The notes under the pieces: model-generated
The model's input: the letters and a program-made list of their open reading frames with translations, nothing else
The model's database searches: none
What the model was told of the DNA's origin: nothing
Assembly (NCBI GenBank): GCA_964474445.1
Contig: CAYYSJ010000001.1
Location: 206,530-270,529 of the forward strand
From: an uncultured Gammaproteobacteria bacterium
GTDB taxonomy: Bacteria > Patescibacteriota > Microgenomatia > Levybacterales > UBA12049
Direction: 5' to 3'
DNA: 64,000 nucleotides
Position numbers and translations under genes: made by a program
Shown here: piece by piece, positions 40,688 to 50,708 of the stretch
Numbering within the stretch: position 1 is the stretch's first letter
Layout: each line of letters opens with the position of its first letter

Positions 40688-41564
40688 GCTTCCACCTCCT
40701 ATACTTTTTATATCCATCAAAAACTCCAGCAAACGGGGTAACAAAAGAACGAAGACTTACTTCTCTCCCGAATCCAAACATGCAGCGTAGTATCCATTCC
40801 CAACGAGTAAGAAGAATTACTGCTACAACCCACATGGGTTTATATTTTAAGAAAAAGTATGCTTCATTGCTGAAAAAGTCAAAGTACCACTGGATCCGTC
40901 CTTCTGTTTTTCTAGTCCCTCCTGATTCTGCACGAACATGTAAGACCTCAACATGCGGATCAAAAAGTATTTTGTACCTTTTTTGTCTTGCTCGAAGAGA
41001 CAGATCTGCCTCTTCTCTCAATGCATTCCCTGTAAATTGTTCATCAAATCCTCCAATTTTTTGAAATACATCTTTTCTCCAGCACATATTGCAGCCAATA
41101 AGTGTCTCTATTTCTTGAGGAATCTTCGATGAATAGCCGTCAGTAAACGTTCCAAAGAATGTTATTCTTCCTGTATCTTTTTTCCTCGGTTCTTCTTCTT
41201 GACCTATTGCCACAGACCTCCCATTAACTGCAGCTACCTTTTTATCCTTAAAACAATTGCTGTATAATGCTGGAGAAGTTTTAACTAAAACATCATCATC
41301 AAAGAAAGTAATATATTCCCCTTTTGCATGCGCTACACCAACATTTTTCGCATGGGGAGTTGATGGTTTATCTAAAAAAATATAAATAAACTGCAACCTT
41401 AACTCTTTTGCCTTTGTTCTCAATTCCTTCTCGTGATTTTCCACCTGTTCAACAACAATAACTTCTGTTTCTTTTCCTATCCTTCCTTCTAAAGAATCCA
41501 GTAAATTCATTAAATGCTTTTCTCTTTTATATGTAGGAATAATAATAGAAAATTTAATATTCAT
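40671..41564 (-). CDS. GT2 glycosyltransferase; start revised to 41564
   Basis: SIIIPTYKR, FFDDD, GGFDE. Confidence 0.9.
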   Translation of the reverse strand: MNIKFSIIIPTYKREKHLMNLLDSLEGRIGKETEVIVVEQVENHEKELRTKAKELRLQFIYIFLDKPSTPHAKNVGVAHAKGEYITFFDDDVLVKTSPALYSNCFKDKKVAAVNGRSVAIGQEEEPRKKDTGRITFFGTFTDGYSSKIPQEIETLIGCNMCWRKDVFQKIGGFDEQFTGNALREEADLSLRARQKRYKILFDPHVEVLHVRAESGGTRKTEGRIQWYFDFFSNEAYFFLKYKPMWVVAVILLTRWEWILRCMFGFGREVSLRSFVTPFAGVFDGYKKYRRWKHENRG

Positions 41565-42684
41565 AGATTTCATTAAATAATAGATAAAATTTTTCTGCAT
41601 TCTCTTTCAATGAAAAAGAATCCAAAATTACCTTTCGTGCATTTGCCTTAAACTTTTTTTTCAATTTCAACACATCTATCAATAATTCTTTTATTTTATT
41701 ACTTGAAGAATTCTTGTAGATATACCCACTTTGGCCTTGAAGGATTATTTCACTATTTCCTCCCATATTTGAGGCTACGCAAGGAATTCCCATAGCATGA
41801 GCTTCAAGAAGAGAAATCGATAAGCCTTCGTTATGATGACTTGGAAATAGTAAAATGTCGAGTATCCCAAGATATTCTCTCACATCTTGGATAAAACCAG
41901 TAAAGAGGAACTTACTGGATAAGCTCTTTCGTTCTATTTCCTCTTTAGCCCATTCAAGAAGTGGGCCTCCTCCAATAACAATAAATCGGATATTATTCTT
42001 TTCTTTTGTTATAAGTGTTGCAACATCAAGAAAATCTTGTATCCCTTTTTCCTTACTCACTGTGCCAAGATAACCAATTATTGAGCTATTCTGTAAGTGA
42101 AGGCGAGACTTATATCTATATAACACTTTTTCCTCTAAAGGAGCAAAAGTTGTTGTATCTATTCCAACATACACAGTAGCTAACTTTTTATTATCAACAT
42201 GTAGGTCTTTACGTGTTGACTCAGAAACGCAAATTATTTTGTTAACAAAACGTGAGTTCATTCTATATAACCATTTCACTATTAATGCTCTTTGTGTCTG
42301 GAATAGGGGTCCATGCTCAATCCATATAACTTTTCTTTTTAAGATAACAAGTGGTGTTGTTAAAAAAAGTTTTTCATTCATGGATTCAAAGACATACAAA
42401 TCCTGTTTGCCAATCTTTCTAAAAAAGTTCAAATAGCGTAAGTAAAATAACGGCAATTGAGGAATAGCTAATAAAAATTGTTTTTTTGTGCCAATTTCAT
42501 TAATTCCAGGTTTTATAATTTCCACCTGGTTACCCATCTTTTTAACATGTTCTAAAAGTGTTTCATTATCTGAGGAAAAAGTTATATGAAGATCTCTATA
42601 TGTTTTTAATCCAGCGAGTAAATATATATTATATATTTCTGCCCCGCTTATCTTGTTACATATTCTATTAAATAGTATTTTCAT
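41554..42684 (-). CDS. GT4 glycosyltransferase; start revised to 42684
   Basis: SGAE, EGLSISLLEAHAMGIP. Confidence 0.9.
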   Translation of the reverse strand: MKILFNRICNKISGAEIYNIYLLAGLKTYRDLHITFSSDNETLLEHVKKMGNQVEIIKPGINEIGTKKQFLLAIPQLPLFYLRYLNFFRKIGKQDLYVFESMNEKLFLTTPLVILKRKVIWIEHGPLFQTQRALIVKWLYRMNSRFVNKIICVSESTRKDLHVDNKKLATVYVGIDTTTFAPLEEKVLYRYKSRLHLQNSSIIGYLGTVSKEKGIQDFLDVATLITKEKNNIRFIVIGGGPLLEWAKEEIERKSLSSKFLFTGFIQDVREYLGILDILLFPSHHNEGLSISLLEAHAMGIPCVASNMGGNSEIILQGQSGYIYKNSSSNKIKELLIDVLKLKKKFKANARKVILDSFSLKENAEKFYLLFNEIYEY

Positions 42685-43432
42685 TTTTAATAACTTCCAT
42701 TGCAAAAGCAAGTCCATGGAAAAACGGTATATATCTTCCTAAAATCCTATCTAAATAAACATCCATTACTATAACTGGATACCACAGTATCCTTTTCTCT
42801 TGCCAACCTCCTAATCCTATTTTTATTAATATTCTATTAAACAAATGGAACGCAGGAGAGGTAAAAAAAACTAGCGTCTTTATTTCCATGTTTTTTTCCT
42901 GGAGATGCTTGACTAGCTGCTTGATTTTAATTCCTTCTTCGTTTGGACTTTCTCCTTGGCCTCTATGCAAAGCTTCGTAGAGAGGTTCTCTTAAAAGTAA
43001 TTTCCCGTCATTTTTTAGAATTTGTACCCAACTATCTATGGTTTTATACTGGTTTTGTGAATGATGTAATGCTCCTAAAGAAATAATAATATCTGCATAA
43101 TTTCTCTTAAATTTCACTGATTCCATATCCCCTTGAATAAATTTTCCCGTTGGAACATTTCTTTTTGCAATTGTTAACATATTTTTTGAGATATCAACTC
43201 CTGTGTAACTGAGATGTTTCATTAATGTAATTGGAATGATATGTTTGATCAAAATAGAAGGTCCACATCCAAAGTCAATAATAACTTTTCGAGGTAAAAA
43301 ATATTCATTTTTAAAAAGAAATAGCTTTGTGGGCACTTCCCAGATATAATCTTTCTCTCCTCTTTTTGCATATTCGGAGGCTTCCTTATCATGGTGATGC
43401 ATTTCTTCATTTATAAACTTCGAATTTTTCAT
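42668..43432 (-). CDS. Class I SAM-dependent methyltransferase
   Basis: IDFGCGP, GVDISKNML, ALHH. Confidence 0.9.
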   Translation of the reverse strand: MKNSKFINEEMHHHDKEASEYAKRGEKDYIWEVPTKLFLFKNEYFLPRKVIIDFGCGPSILIKHIIPITLMKHLSYTGVDISKNMLTIAKRNVPTGKFIQGDMESVKFKRNYADIIISLGALHHSQNQYKTIDSWVQILKNDGKLLLREPLYEALHRGQGESPNEEGIKIKQLVKHLQEKNMEIKTLVFFTSPAFHLFNRILIKIGLGGWQEKRILWYPVIVMDVYLDRILGRYIPFFHGLAFAMEVIKNENTI

Positions 43433-43433
43433 A

Positions 43434-44639
43434 TCAAGTTACATTTAGCACGCTTTTTACTAGAAATGACGAAAACGTTCTCATTTGTATATTCAATCTA
43501 TATTTTGTGTACCTCATCCAAAAGAGCAATGTTTTAATCGTAAATCCTTGGTTTCTGATATTCCAGGGATTGTTTAGAGTTTCCTGATTTCTTTTATTAT
43601 AACTATTTATTTTAACAAAATTTAGGTTGTGATTTATATCTATCTCTGCAATGTGGTTTTGCCAAAAAAAAGGGATTTCATCGAGTGTAATTTTTAAGTC
43701 AGTCCCGTAAAGTTCGTCTCTAAACCGATACCTTTTCGCACACGGATTTATGTTAAGCCATCCCTCTCTGTATTTAGCATAGCCATACGAAATTTTTATG
43801 GTATTCTCAAAAAATCCCTTTGGAATAAGTAATGGAGGAATTTGATCTGTTTGTATTTCATTGGGTTGTCCCAACATATGCTCATAACTATCAAAATGAG
43901 CACAAATCTCTTTTTTAGGAACAATGATAACATGATCACGTACTGTTACGCTTTTCCTAACATCCTCAGCACGAATGATCCTCTTATCTAACATATCTGC
44001 AGAGGTAAACCACGTCTTGAAGAGATTACGTGGTACTATCTGCACCGAAGTAAAATCACCCTTTAGAGAAAGATACACTCTAGATTTTTTATTGTCATCC
44101 AAAAGCATAGTATCTCTTCCCTCCAAAAAATTCTCTGGATTTCCTTTCACTGGTAAATTGATAAATGTAGTGTAATGAGAATACATAATAGAAGCATATG
44201 GGTATTTTTTCATCCATTTTTGTGCTGTACGTATAAGCATATCCAAGTATGTGGCAACATGTGGATCGGGAGAGACAATTGGGTGATCGTTATTGGGAGC
44301 ATAGAATATCCAATCATCTTCAAACTTTTCAAGCATTTTTACTGATTTTATGTATTCCTTTTGAGAGTCACTCCTCCTGTGCATAATTTTTGCCTTTGGA
44401 AAAAGTGATTTTATATATTTGTCAAATTCTTTATATTTTTTGACATCATCTAATTCATAACGGATAAGCACGTGTGACCATAGGTATACTGCATAACTTG
44501 CTAACGTATATTTTGCTATATCAATTTTCTTTGGCATTTTATAGGCATCACATGTATTACGAATGTTGTTTTTTAGTTGTTTTTGTGTCTTTGGCAATAG
44601 GGGGATGTCTGTAATAAAACTATCAAAATATAAAATCAT
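43434..44639 (-). CDS. Hypothetical protein, possibly atypical GT-A-fold transferase
   Basis: 401 aa, tightly coupled in the glycan operon; WIFYAPNNDH at a DxD-like position. Confidence 0.7.
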   Translation of the reverse strand: MILYFDSFITDIPLLPKTQKQLKNNIRNTCDAYKMPKKIDIAKYTLASYAVYLWSHVLIRYELDDVKKYKEFDKYIKSLFPKAKIMHRRSDSQKEYIKSVKMLEKFEDDWIFYAPNNDHPIVSPDPHVATYLDMLIRTAQKWMKKYPYASIMYSHYTTFINLPVKGNPENFLEGRDTMLLDDNKKSRVYLSLKGDFTSVQIVPRNLFKTWFTSADMLDKRIIRAEDVRKSVTVRDHVIIVPKKEICAHFDSYEHMLGQPNEIQTDQIPPLLIPKGFFENTIKISYGYAKYREGWLNINPCAKRYRFRDELYGTDLKITLDEIPFFWQNHIAEIDINHNLNFVKINSYNKRNQETLNNPWNIRNQGFTIKTLLFWMRYTKYRLNIQMRTFSSFLVKSVLNVT

Positions 44640-44643
44640 ATGA

Positions 44644-45711
44644 TTACTCCAATGTATGAATGTTCAGTAACTCCTCAGGAGTTCCCATAACAATATTCTT
44701 AGTAACTAAAACAATTTTTATTCTTTTCCCCTGTTGAATTAATTGGTTATACAAAGGTGCAACATAAAATTCCCCATTAAACGTCTGATCTTTTTGTATC
44801 ATTGTTTCTGCTGCATTAACAAAATCTAGACCTCTTTTAAAATAGTACATACCTGTCGTTGCTAGATTTGAGATAACTTTTTTCTCTGCGGTCTCGCTAA
44901 CATAACCAAATTTATCTACTTTTGCATAACTATATCGAGGATGGTCTGCCATAAAACATGTTAAAATTCCATCTGGGTCCTCACCTTCAACCATTTCCCA
45001 AAGAGGCGACAAAGAATAGGTATCACAGTTATAAATAATTAATTTGTTGTGATTATTAATATAGTCTTTTGCAACTAAGCATGTTTCTGCCTGTCCCCGC
45101 GTTCTTTTTTCTACAACATGCACTTTTGTATGAGAAGGAAAGAGCTTGTTTAACTTCCGTTCCAAATCATATGCTTCAACATCCTCTCTCGCAACAATGA
45201 AGAATATTTCATAGTTTTCTATCTTACTTAAAAAATCAAATGATTTCATTGCCCACTCAATCATTGTCTTTCCTTGAACCTGAATGAGAGGTTTTGGGAT
45301 ATGAAACCCTGCATTTTTGAACCGTGATCCAAGACCGGCCATCGGAATAAGGATATTCAATTTCTCACTATTAAACATGTTCTTCTCGATTTGTTCCCAC
45401 CCTGAAAATTTTTGTCCTAAATCATCAAGATAGACGTCCCCATAAGGTTTGCCAAAGTAAATCTCATCATAGGGCACTTTGTGTTTTTTTAGCCAAGTAA
45501 GTGTCACCCCTTTTATCCTCCTTTCAACTTCTTCCCTGTCCCCATTACATGTTTTCATATGTCTTGAGGTATAAATAATGATCGTATGTCCCATTTTTTT
45601 GAGAGATTTTAATTTCTCAAGAGCCCCAGGAAGCATTGTAACGTTACTATACTCCTGATTATTTTTTCTTATTTCACAAATTGTCCCATCTAAATCTATA
45701 ACAATTCTCAT
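44644..45711 (-). CDS. Fusion of BcbF-like HAD phosphatase and nucleotidyltransferase-like domain
   Basis: N-terminal IDLDGT...GKP...YLDD; C-terminal IPMAGLGSRF...PKPLI...NGEFYV...GTPEEL. Confidence 0.85.
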   Translation of the reverse strand: MRIVIDLDGTICEIRKNNQEYSNVTMLPGALEKLKSLKKMGHTIIIYTSRHMKTCNGDREEVERRIKGVTLTWLKKHKVPYDEIYFGKPYGDVYLDDLGQKFSGWEQIEKNMFNSEKLNILIPMAGLGSRFKNAGFHIPKPLIQVQGKTMIEWAMKSFDFLSKIENYEIFFIVAREDVEAYDLERKLNKLFPSHTKVHVVEKRTRGQAETCLVAKDYINNHNKLIIYNCDTYSLSPLWEMVEGEDPDGILTCFMADHPRYSYAKVDKFGYVSETAEKKVISNLATTGMYYFKRGLDFVNAAETMIQKDQTFNGEFYVAPLYNQLIQQGKRIKIVLVTKNIVMGTPEELLNIHTLE

Positions 45712-47342
45712 AGAAAGTTCTCCTGTAATAGTTGTAATGCTCTACAATACATAGCCAATTGATGTTTTCTATTATCACTATGCAATGGAATCATTGAAAG
45801 AAATAAAAGACTTTCTATCATTTTTACTTTTTCAAGACTGAATCCATTTTTGATAAGTGCTTGGTCAAAATAACTACTTATTTCAGTATGAATATCTTCA
45901 TTATAAATAGTAAAAGTAAATTCATTCTCCTTATATTGTAATTCAAATAAGTTAGATTTTATAAAGTCATATTTTCCTGAAAAGCTATGGCGTAGTTTAG
46001 CTACATCATACTTTATGTCTCCATATACACCAGTTTGTCCAAATCTTCCTCCGGGATCAATAAATTTAAAAATGCGGCTTGATGGATCAAATAGAATATT
46101 GCTCAAACATAAATCACCATGAATAAATGTCATTTCACCAGTTTGATAAAGCTTTTTAATATAGTCATTTATTTTCTCCATATAAACGGAGACATTGTTA
46201 TACGCTTTTCCATTTATTGTTATGGTTTTTTGATCCAAAAGCTTCTTCCAGAATATGTCCTCACGCAGAACTTCTAGTCTTTTTTGTGTCTTGTTGATAT
46301 ACATTTCTTCATACATTACATAGGGAATCTTTGTCTTATACTTTTTAAAAAGACTGAGTATAGTAAATAACCGAGCAATAATCATTTTCCACACTCGTAA
46401 ATCTAAGGAGTTAAAAACAAATAACTCTGAGAGCGCGGGATATCCATAAAATTCGTTCGAATACTGTACGATATCTTTTCCAGTTTGGTAATCGATTAGG
46501 CGAGGTGAAAAAATTTGCAGCTCATGAGGAGTATTTATATACCAATTAATTTCTTGAAAAAGTTTTTCTTTATTTTTCCCTGACTTTGTTACATACCCAT
46601 AAAGGTCATTATAATCAATCTTATTGAATTTTCGTAATTTAAGAAAATCTATCTTAGCCTTATAGAAGTTTTCTATATTCCCACAATCATACCATTTTTC
46701 TGCTTGGACTAATTGAAAGTCATATTTTTTTACATATGCTTCTAAAATATCTTTTACCTCAAAATTATGAGAGTTTTCTAGCTTCTGCAAGACTGTATGG
46801 AAGTACTTTGCATCATGAAAATAATATAACCCACTTAAGATAGAACCATTCCCTTTATACATTTTAGGTTTATTAATAAATGTCAATTGTTTATCTTTCG
46901 TCTCAACAAAACACCATTTTTCTGGCTCCTCATAGATTTTTGACATGACAAGAAAGCTATGTTTAAAAGTAAGCTTTCCTTTATAAATCGTATCTCCTAG
47001 ATAAATTAATGTTGAGTCTGCAGTAGTTTTTACTTTACTTGCCAAGAAAAGTGAATGTCCTATCCCTTTTTCTGGATTTGTATTATAAACGACGGTAATG
47101 GTAGGTTTATTCCCAAATTTTTTCGTTATATAGCCTTCTGTTACTGTATCTGAAGCGCTTAAAACAACGGTAATATGTGTAATGTTTCTTTGAAAAAGAT
47201 CTTCAATGATATAACCTATAACCGGCTGTCCGTTAATAGGGATCATCGTATCTGGCAATGATACATTAGAAATTATTTTATTTGTTGGACTGCCTGCTGC
47301 TGGGATAATGGCATGAATATCTCTTTTTTTTTGGTAACTCAT
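45708..47342 (-). CDS. BcbE-like nucleotidyltransferase plus APH-like kinase fusion
   Basis: IIPAAG, LGDT, WYDCG; C-terminal HGDLCLSNI, FIDP, YDVAKL, SMIPLH. Confidence 0.85.
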   Translation of the reverse strand: MSYQKKRDIHAIIPAAGSPTNKIISNVSLPDTMIPINGQPVIGYIIEDLFQRNITHITVVLSASDTVTEGYITKKFGNKPTITVVYNTNPEKGIGHSLFLASKVKTTADSTLIYLGDTIYKGKLTFKHSFLVMSKIYEEPEKWCFVETKDKQLTFINKPKMYKGNGSILSGLYYFHDAKYFHTVLQKLENSHNFEVKDILEAYVKKYDFQLVQAEKWYDCGNIENFYKAKIDFLKLRKFNKIDYNDLYGYVTKSGKNKEKLFQEINWYINTPHELQIFSPRLIDYQTGKDIVQYSNEFYGYPALSELFVFNSLDLRVWKMIIARLFTILSLFKKYKTKIPYVMYEEMYINKTQKRLEVLREDIFWKKLLDQKTITINGKAYNNVSVYMEKINDYIKKLYQTGEMTFIHGDLCLSNILFDPSSRIFKFIDPGGRFGQTGVYGDIKYDVAKLRHSFSGKYDFIKSNLFELQYKENEFTFTIYNEDIHTEISSYFDQALIKNGFSLEKVKMIESLLFLSMIPLHSDNRKHQLAMYCRALQLLQENFL

Positions 47343-47373
47343 AACAAAGATGGACAGAAGGACAATTATTGCT

Positions 47374-48627
47374 TTACAGGTACTTTTCCTTAGAAAATGC
47401 TATTAGCATTATACTATATAGTGTAAAGAGAAGTGCACTTATTACAGTAATATAGGATGCTCCAATAAATCCATAGATAGGAATAAAATAGAAGTTAAGA
47501 AGAATATTTGCTACCAGTGATAGTACTATACCTATAAAAACTACTTTATTTTCTCTTTTCGCAAAGAAAAAGTCAGAAAATAAATTGTTAACGAAAAGAA
47601 AAGGAATGGCAAAAACCAAAATTTGGAGTGCTGGTATACTTGCATGAAATAGTTTGCCCCCAAAAATACTAATAATAAAAGGCGCAAAGAGAACACCACC
47701 GAGTATCATAGGAAGAGAAAGTAGTAATGCAACGTAGACTGAATTCTTGAGTAGTTTTCTTATTTGTTGTATTCCTCCTTCTCCAATAAATTTAGCAAGG
47801 AGTGGATATACTGAGGCCATGTAAAATCCCCACACCATTAAAATATTTTCCAGCACCTTATAAGGAAGACTGTACAAACCTACTTCTGTAGAATTTTTCA
47901 TCACAGATAACATAATGGTATCGACTTTAAAATATGCTAGACCGAGAAAGGAGGTAATGCCAATTGGCATACTCATAATAAGTATGTTTTTTATTTTGTC
48001 CCCATTATAAGTAAAATAGATTGTATCCCTTACGAGGTATGTTGTAAGACCTAACCCAACAAGATTACCTATCAAAACAGTTGCAATAATCGCGTATAAA
48101 TTATATTTCAGGAATACAAAAAGAATAATAAAACCTACAGTACTTATTTTTGTAATAACATCAACTAACGTGACCAGATCAAGCCGGATGCGTGACTGGA
48201 AAATTATAGTGCCATATGTTGTTAAACCTGAAACGGCAACAGCAAGGATAGCAATATAAATACTGAACGTAACAGACTGAGCGTAGGGAAAGAATAATAA
48301 TGAAATAAAAGCCAAAAGAGATGCAATGATAATCAGAACTATCTTGAGTAAAAGAAAACTGCCATATTGCTCTTTACCATGTTCAGCTTGAGAAAATTCT
48401 CTTACCATTGCTGTTTGTAAGCCAAAATCTGCAATAACCGAAAAAAAGGAGACAAATGTAAATGCAAGAGTAAACGTTCCATACCCGCTGGAACCTAAAT
48501 ATCGAGTAAGGAGTAACACTGTAAAAATGCCCAAACCAGCCGATATCACCTTTCCTGCACTTTGAACAAGTGTATTGATACCGACCTTTAAAAAGATTTT
48601 ATTCATCCCCTTCATATCTATAAGCAT
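47374..48627 (-). CDS. Polysaccharide flippase (Wzx-type)
   Basis: Multi-TM; LTRYLG...DFGL; KVDTIML; IPIYGFIGA. Confidence 0.9.
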   Translation of the reverse strand: MLIDMKGMNKIFLKVGINTLVQSAGKVISAGLGIFTVLLLTRYLGSSGYGTFTLAFTFVSFFSVIADFGLQTAMVREFSQAEHGKEQYGSFLLLKIVLIIIASLLAFISLLFFPYAQSVTFSIYIAILAVAVSGLTTYGTIIFQSRIRLDLVTLVDVITKISTVGFIILFVFLKYNLYAIIATVLIGNLVGLGLTTYLVRDTIYFTYNGDKIKNILIMSMPIGITSFLGLAYFKVDTIMLSVMKNSTEVGLYSLPYKVLENILMVWGFYMASVYPLLAKFIGEGGIQQIRKLLKNSVYVALLLSLPMILGGVLFAPFIISIFGGKLFHASIPALQILVFAIPFLFVNNLFSDFFFAKRENKVVFIGIVLSLVANILLNFYFIPIYGFIGASYITVISALLFTLYSIMLIAFSKEKYL

Positions 48628-48690
48628 GCTAAGTTTAACAATTTACAGATCTTCTGACAAATAGAGAAAAACTCTCACTTACTGTACTCA

Positions 48691-49857
48691 CTAAAAGGAT
48701 ACCTTTTTTAGGGTTTGAGATCTGTTAATAACTAATAAATAGATATTCATAAAATAGAGAATGAGAGCTCCGTAAAAAACATGGGATTGAAAAAGGACAG
48801 GAACTACAGAAGGAACTTTCAAATTAATAGATATGAGCAAATAGCTTATTCCAAGAGGGATATAATGCTTCAAAGAGAATCTATGGCTTCTGAGATAGTC
48901 AAAAATTACTAAAAAAGGAAGAAAAAGCCATACAAAATGATGCTGCCAAGAAAACGTATTGATGATAAGGCTGATCGTCATGAGTAGACTTATTGAAAGA
49001 AGTCGAGAGGTGTCACTTCTTCTCCCATATTTCCATACAGCAAAGAGCCCGCTAAGGAATATACTTACTGCCAAAATAGTTCTCAGCACTTCTCTCAAAG
49101 AAAGAGAAGCTATTCCCCTTACTAAGAATCCAGACAGAGCCTGGTTATAGTAGTCTCCTTTCCAGGAGGACATAAGTCCTGGTAAAACTATTTTTAAATA
49201 GTGCAAAGTAATTGGAGCTGGGACAACAATGATTACTATGCCAGTCATAATTGCTAATGTAACTACTAAGGATAATAGGATTTTCCACTGTTTATCAAAA
49301 AGAAGATATACAAGAAATATTATTGGAGTTAACTTAAGTAAAATGGCGATCGCAAGAAAAAAGCCTGCCAAATACTTTTTCTTTTTTATATAACAATAGA
49401 CAAAACTAATAACAAAAAGCAAAATAATGTTATTAATTTGTCCCATACCAAGAGTAAATTTCTCTGGGAAAAAATTGAAAAGCAATATGAGGAGAATAAC
49501 TCCTATTGTGCTTAAAACGTTGATTTTAAAGAGCCTAAAAAGAAAAGTAATTGAAACAAATATACTAACAATGGAAATAACAGTATAGATTTTCTCAGCA
49601 ATAACAAATGGAAAAAGAATAAAAGGAAAAAAGAAAAGCAAAACAAATGGAGGATACACATAGGGCGTGAAATATCCTTTTCCGCCCAAATAAGGGTTAT
49701 TATGGTGTAAAATAGTCCAAGGACCGTAGTAATAGCTACTAAAATCAGGATAATAGTCTAACAAAAGAGGTTTGAGAAATAATACAAGTGAAATCAAAAA
49801 CAAAGTAATAAGAAGGATTTTGAACAATGTTGAATACCAAATTTTATCTGCTTTCAC
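48691..49857 (-). CDS. GT87/DUF2029-family GT-C glycosyltransferase
   Basis: DFSSYY, YVYPPF, GQIN, KLTP, SWQHH. Confidence 0.85.
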   Translation of the reverse strand: MKADKIWYSTLFKILLITLFLISLVLFLKPLLLDYYPDFSSYYYGPWTILHHNNPYLGGKGYFTPYVYPPFVLLFFFPFILFPFVIAEKIYTVISIVSIFVSITFLFRLFKINVLSTIGVILLILLFNFFPEKFTLGMGQINNIILLFVISFVYCYIKKKKYLAGFFLAIAILLKLTPIIFLVYLLFDKQWKILLSLVVTLAIMTGIVIIVVPAPITLHYLKIVLPGLMSSWKGDYYNQALSGFLVRGIASLSLREVLRTILAVSIFLSGLFAVWKYGRRSDTSRLLSISLLMTISLIINTFSWQHHFVWLFLPFLVIFDYLRSHRFSLKHYIPLGISYLLISINLKVPSVVPVLFQSHVFYGALILYFMNIYLLVINRSQTLKKVSF

Positions 49858-49905
49858 TTTTTGATCATAGCAGATATAAGAAGGTAAAATGAAATCTTGA
49901 GTTTG

Positions 49906-49979
49906 TGGACCTGAGAGGACTCGAACCTCTGACCTTTCGAATGTGAATCGAACGCTCTAACCAACTGAGCTACAGATCC
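49906..49979 (-). tRNA. tRNA-Val(CAC), CCA not encoded
   Basis: GGATCTG/CAGGTCC acceptor, TTCGA/TCGAA anticodon stem with loop TTCACAT, TTCGAGT T loop, followed by ACAA. Confidence 0.93.
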
Positions 49980-49990
49980 GAATACACACC

Positions 49991-50041
49991 ATTCTACTAC
50001 AATTTCCGATCGTTGACAAAGATTAGCAGATTGGAGACAAT
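49991..50041. promoter_or_regulatory. Back-to-back promoters for tRNA-Val and lepB with overlapping -35 elements
   Basis: Plus strand TTGACA-17-GACAAT; minus strand TTGTCA-17-TAGAAT; both use TTGACAA at 50013-50019. Confidence 0.6.
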
Positions 50042-50049
50042 GGGGATAC

Positions 50050-50613
50050 ATGTTTATACTCCGAAAAGTCTATACATTTCTAGTTGATACCATTCAAAGC
50101 ATTCTTATTGCTGCATCTGTTTTTTTGGTTATCTACATTTTTCTTTTCCGCCCCTTTGAAGTCAATGGCCAGTCCATGTACCCTAACTTTCATGATAGAG
50201 AGTATGTTCTTACTAATCTGATAACACTTCGATTTGGCCCACCAACAAGAGGTGATGTGATTGTTTTTAAAGCCCCACCTGACCCAGAGAAAGATTTTAT
50301 TAAACGCGTCATAGGGCTTCCAGGAGACACTGTTATGGTAAAAAACGGGAATGTGTATGTAAATAACCAGGTGTATGACGAAAGTAGTTATCTGAATTCC
50401 GATGTGAAGACATACGGTGGAGCATTTCTAAAGGACGGCGATACTGTAACGGTACCAACTGGTGCATATTTTGTTATGGGAGACAACAGACCCTACAGCT
50501 CTGACTCACGAGAATGGGGTTTTGTTCCTGCAGGAAATATTATTGGCAAATCATTTCTTGTCTATTGGCCACTGAATGAAGTACGAGCAGTTTCGAATCC
50601 TCTAAAAAGGTAA
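50050..50613 (+). CDS. lepB: Signal peptidase I
   Basis: GQSMYP, FIKRVIGLPGD, GDNRPYSSDSR. Confidence 0.96.
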   Translation: MFILRKVYTFLVDTIQSILIAASVFLVIYIFLFRPFEVNGQSMYPNFHDREYVLTNLITLRFGPPTRGDVIVFKAPPDPEKDFIKRVIGLPGDTVMVKNGNVYVNNQVYDESSYLNSDVKTYGGAFLKDGDTVTVPTGAYFVMGDNRPYSSDSREWGFVPAGNIIGKSFLVYWPLNEVRAVSNPLKR

Positions 50614-50708
50614 ATATACTGAAATCTTTCACCTTATACCACCAATAAAATTAAAAATAGAAGCAGGAGAAATGGTAGGTGTGGCGGTTTCAAGCTCGAA
50701 AAGGAGAA

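Noticed and set aside
25908-49979. tRNA-integrated genomic island with att sites
   Set aside because: No integrase, and no duplicated tRNA 3' end found by eye
49854-50051. 65-aa minus-strand ORF
   Set aside because: It is a translation through tRNA-Val
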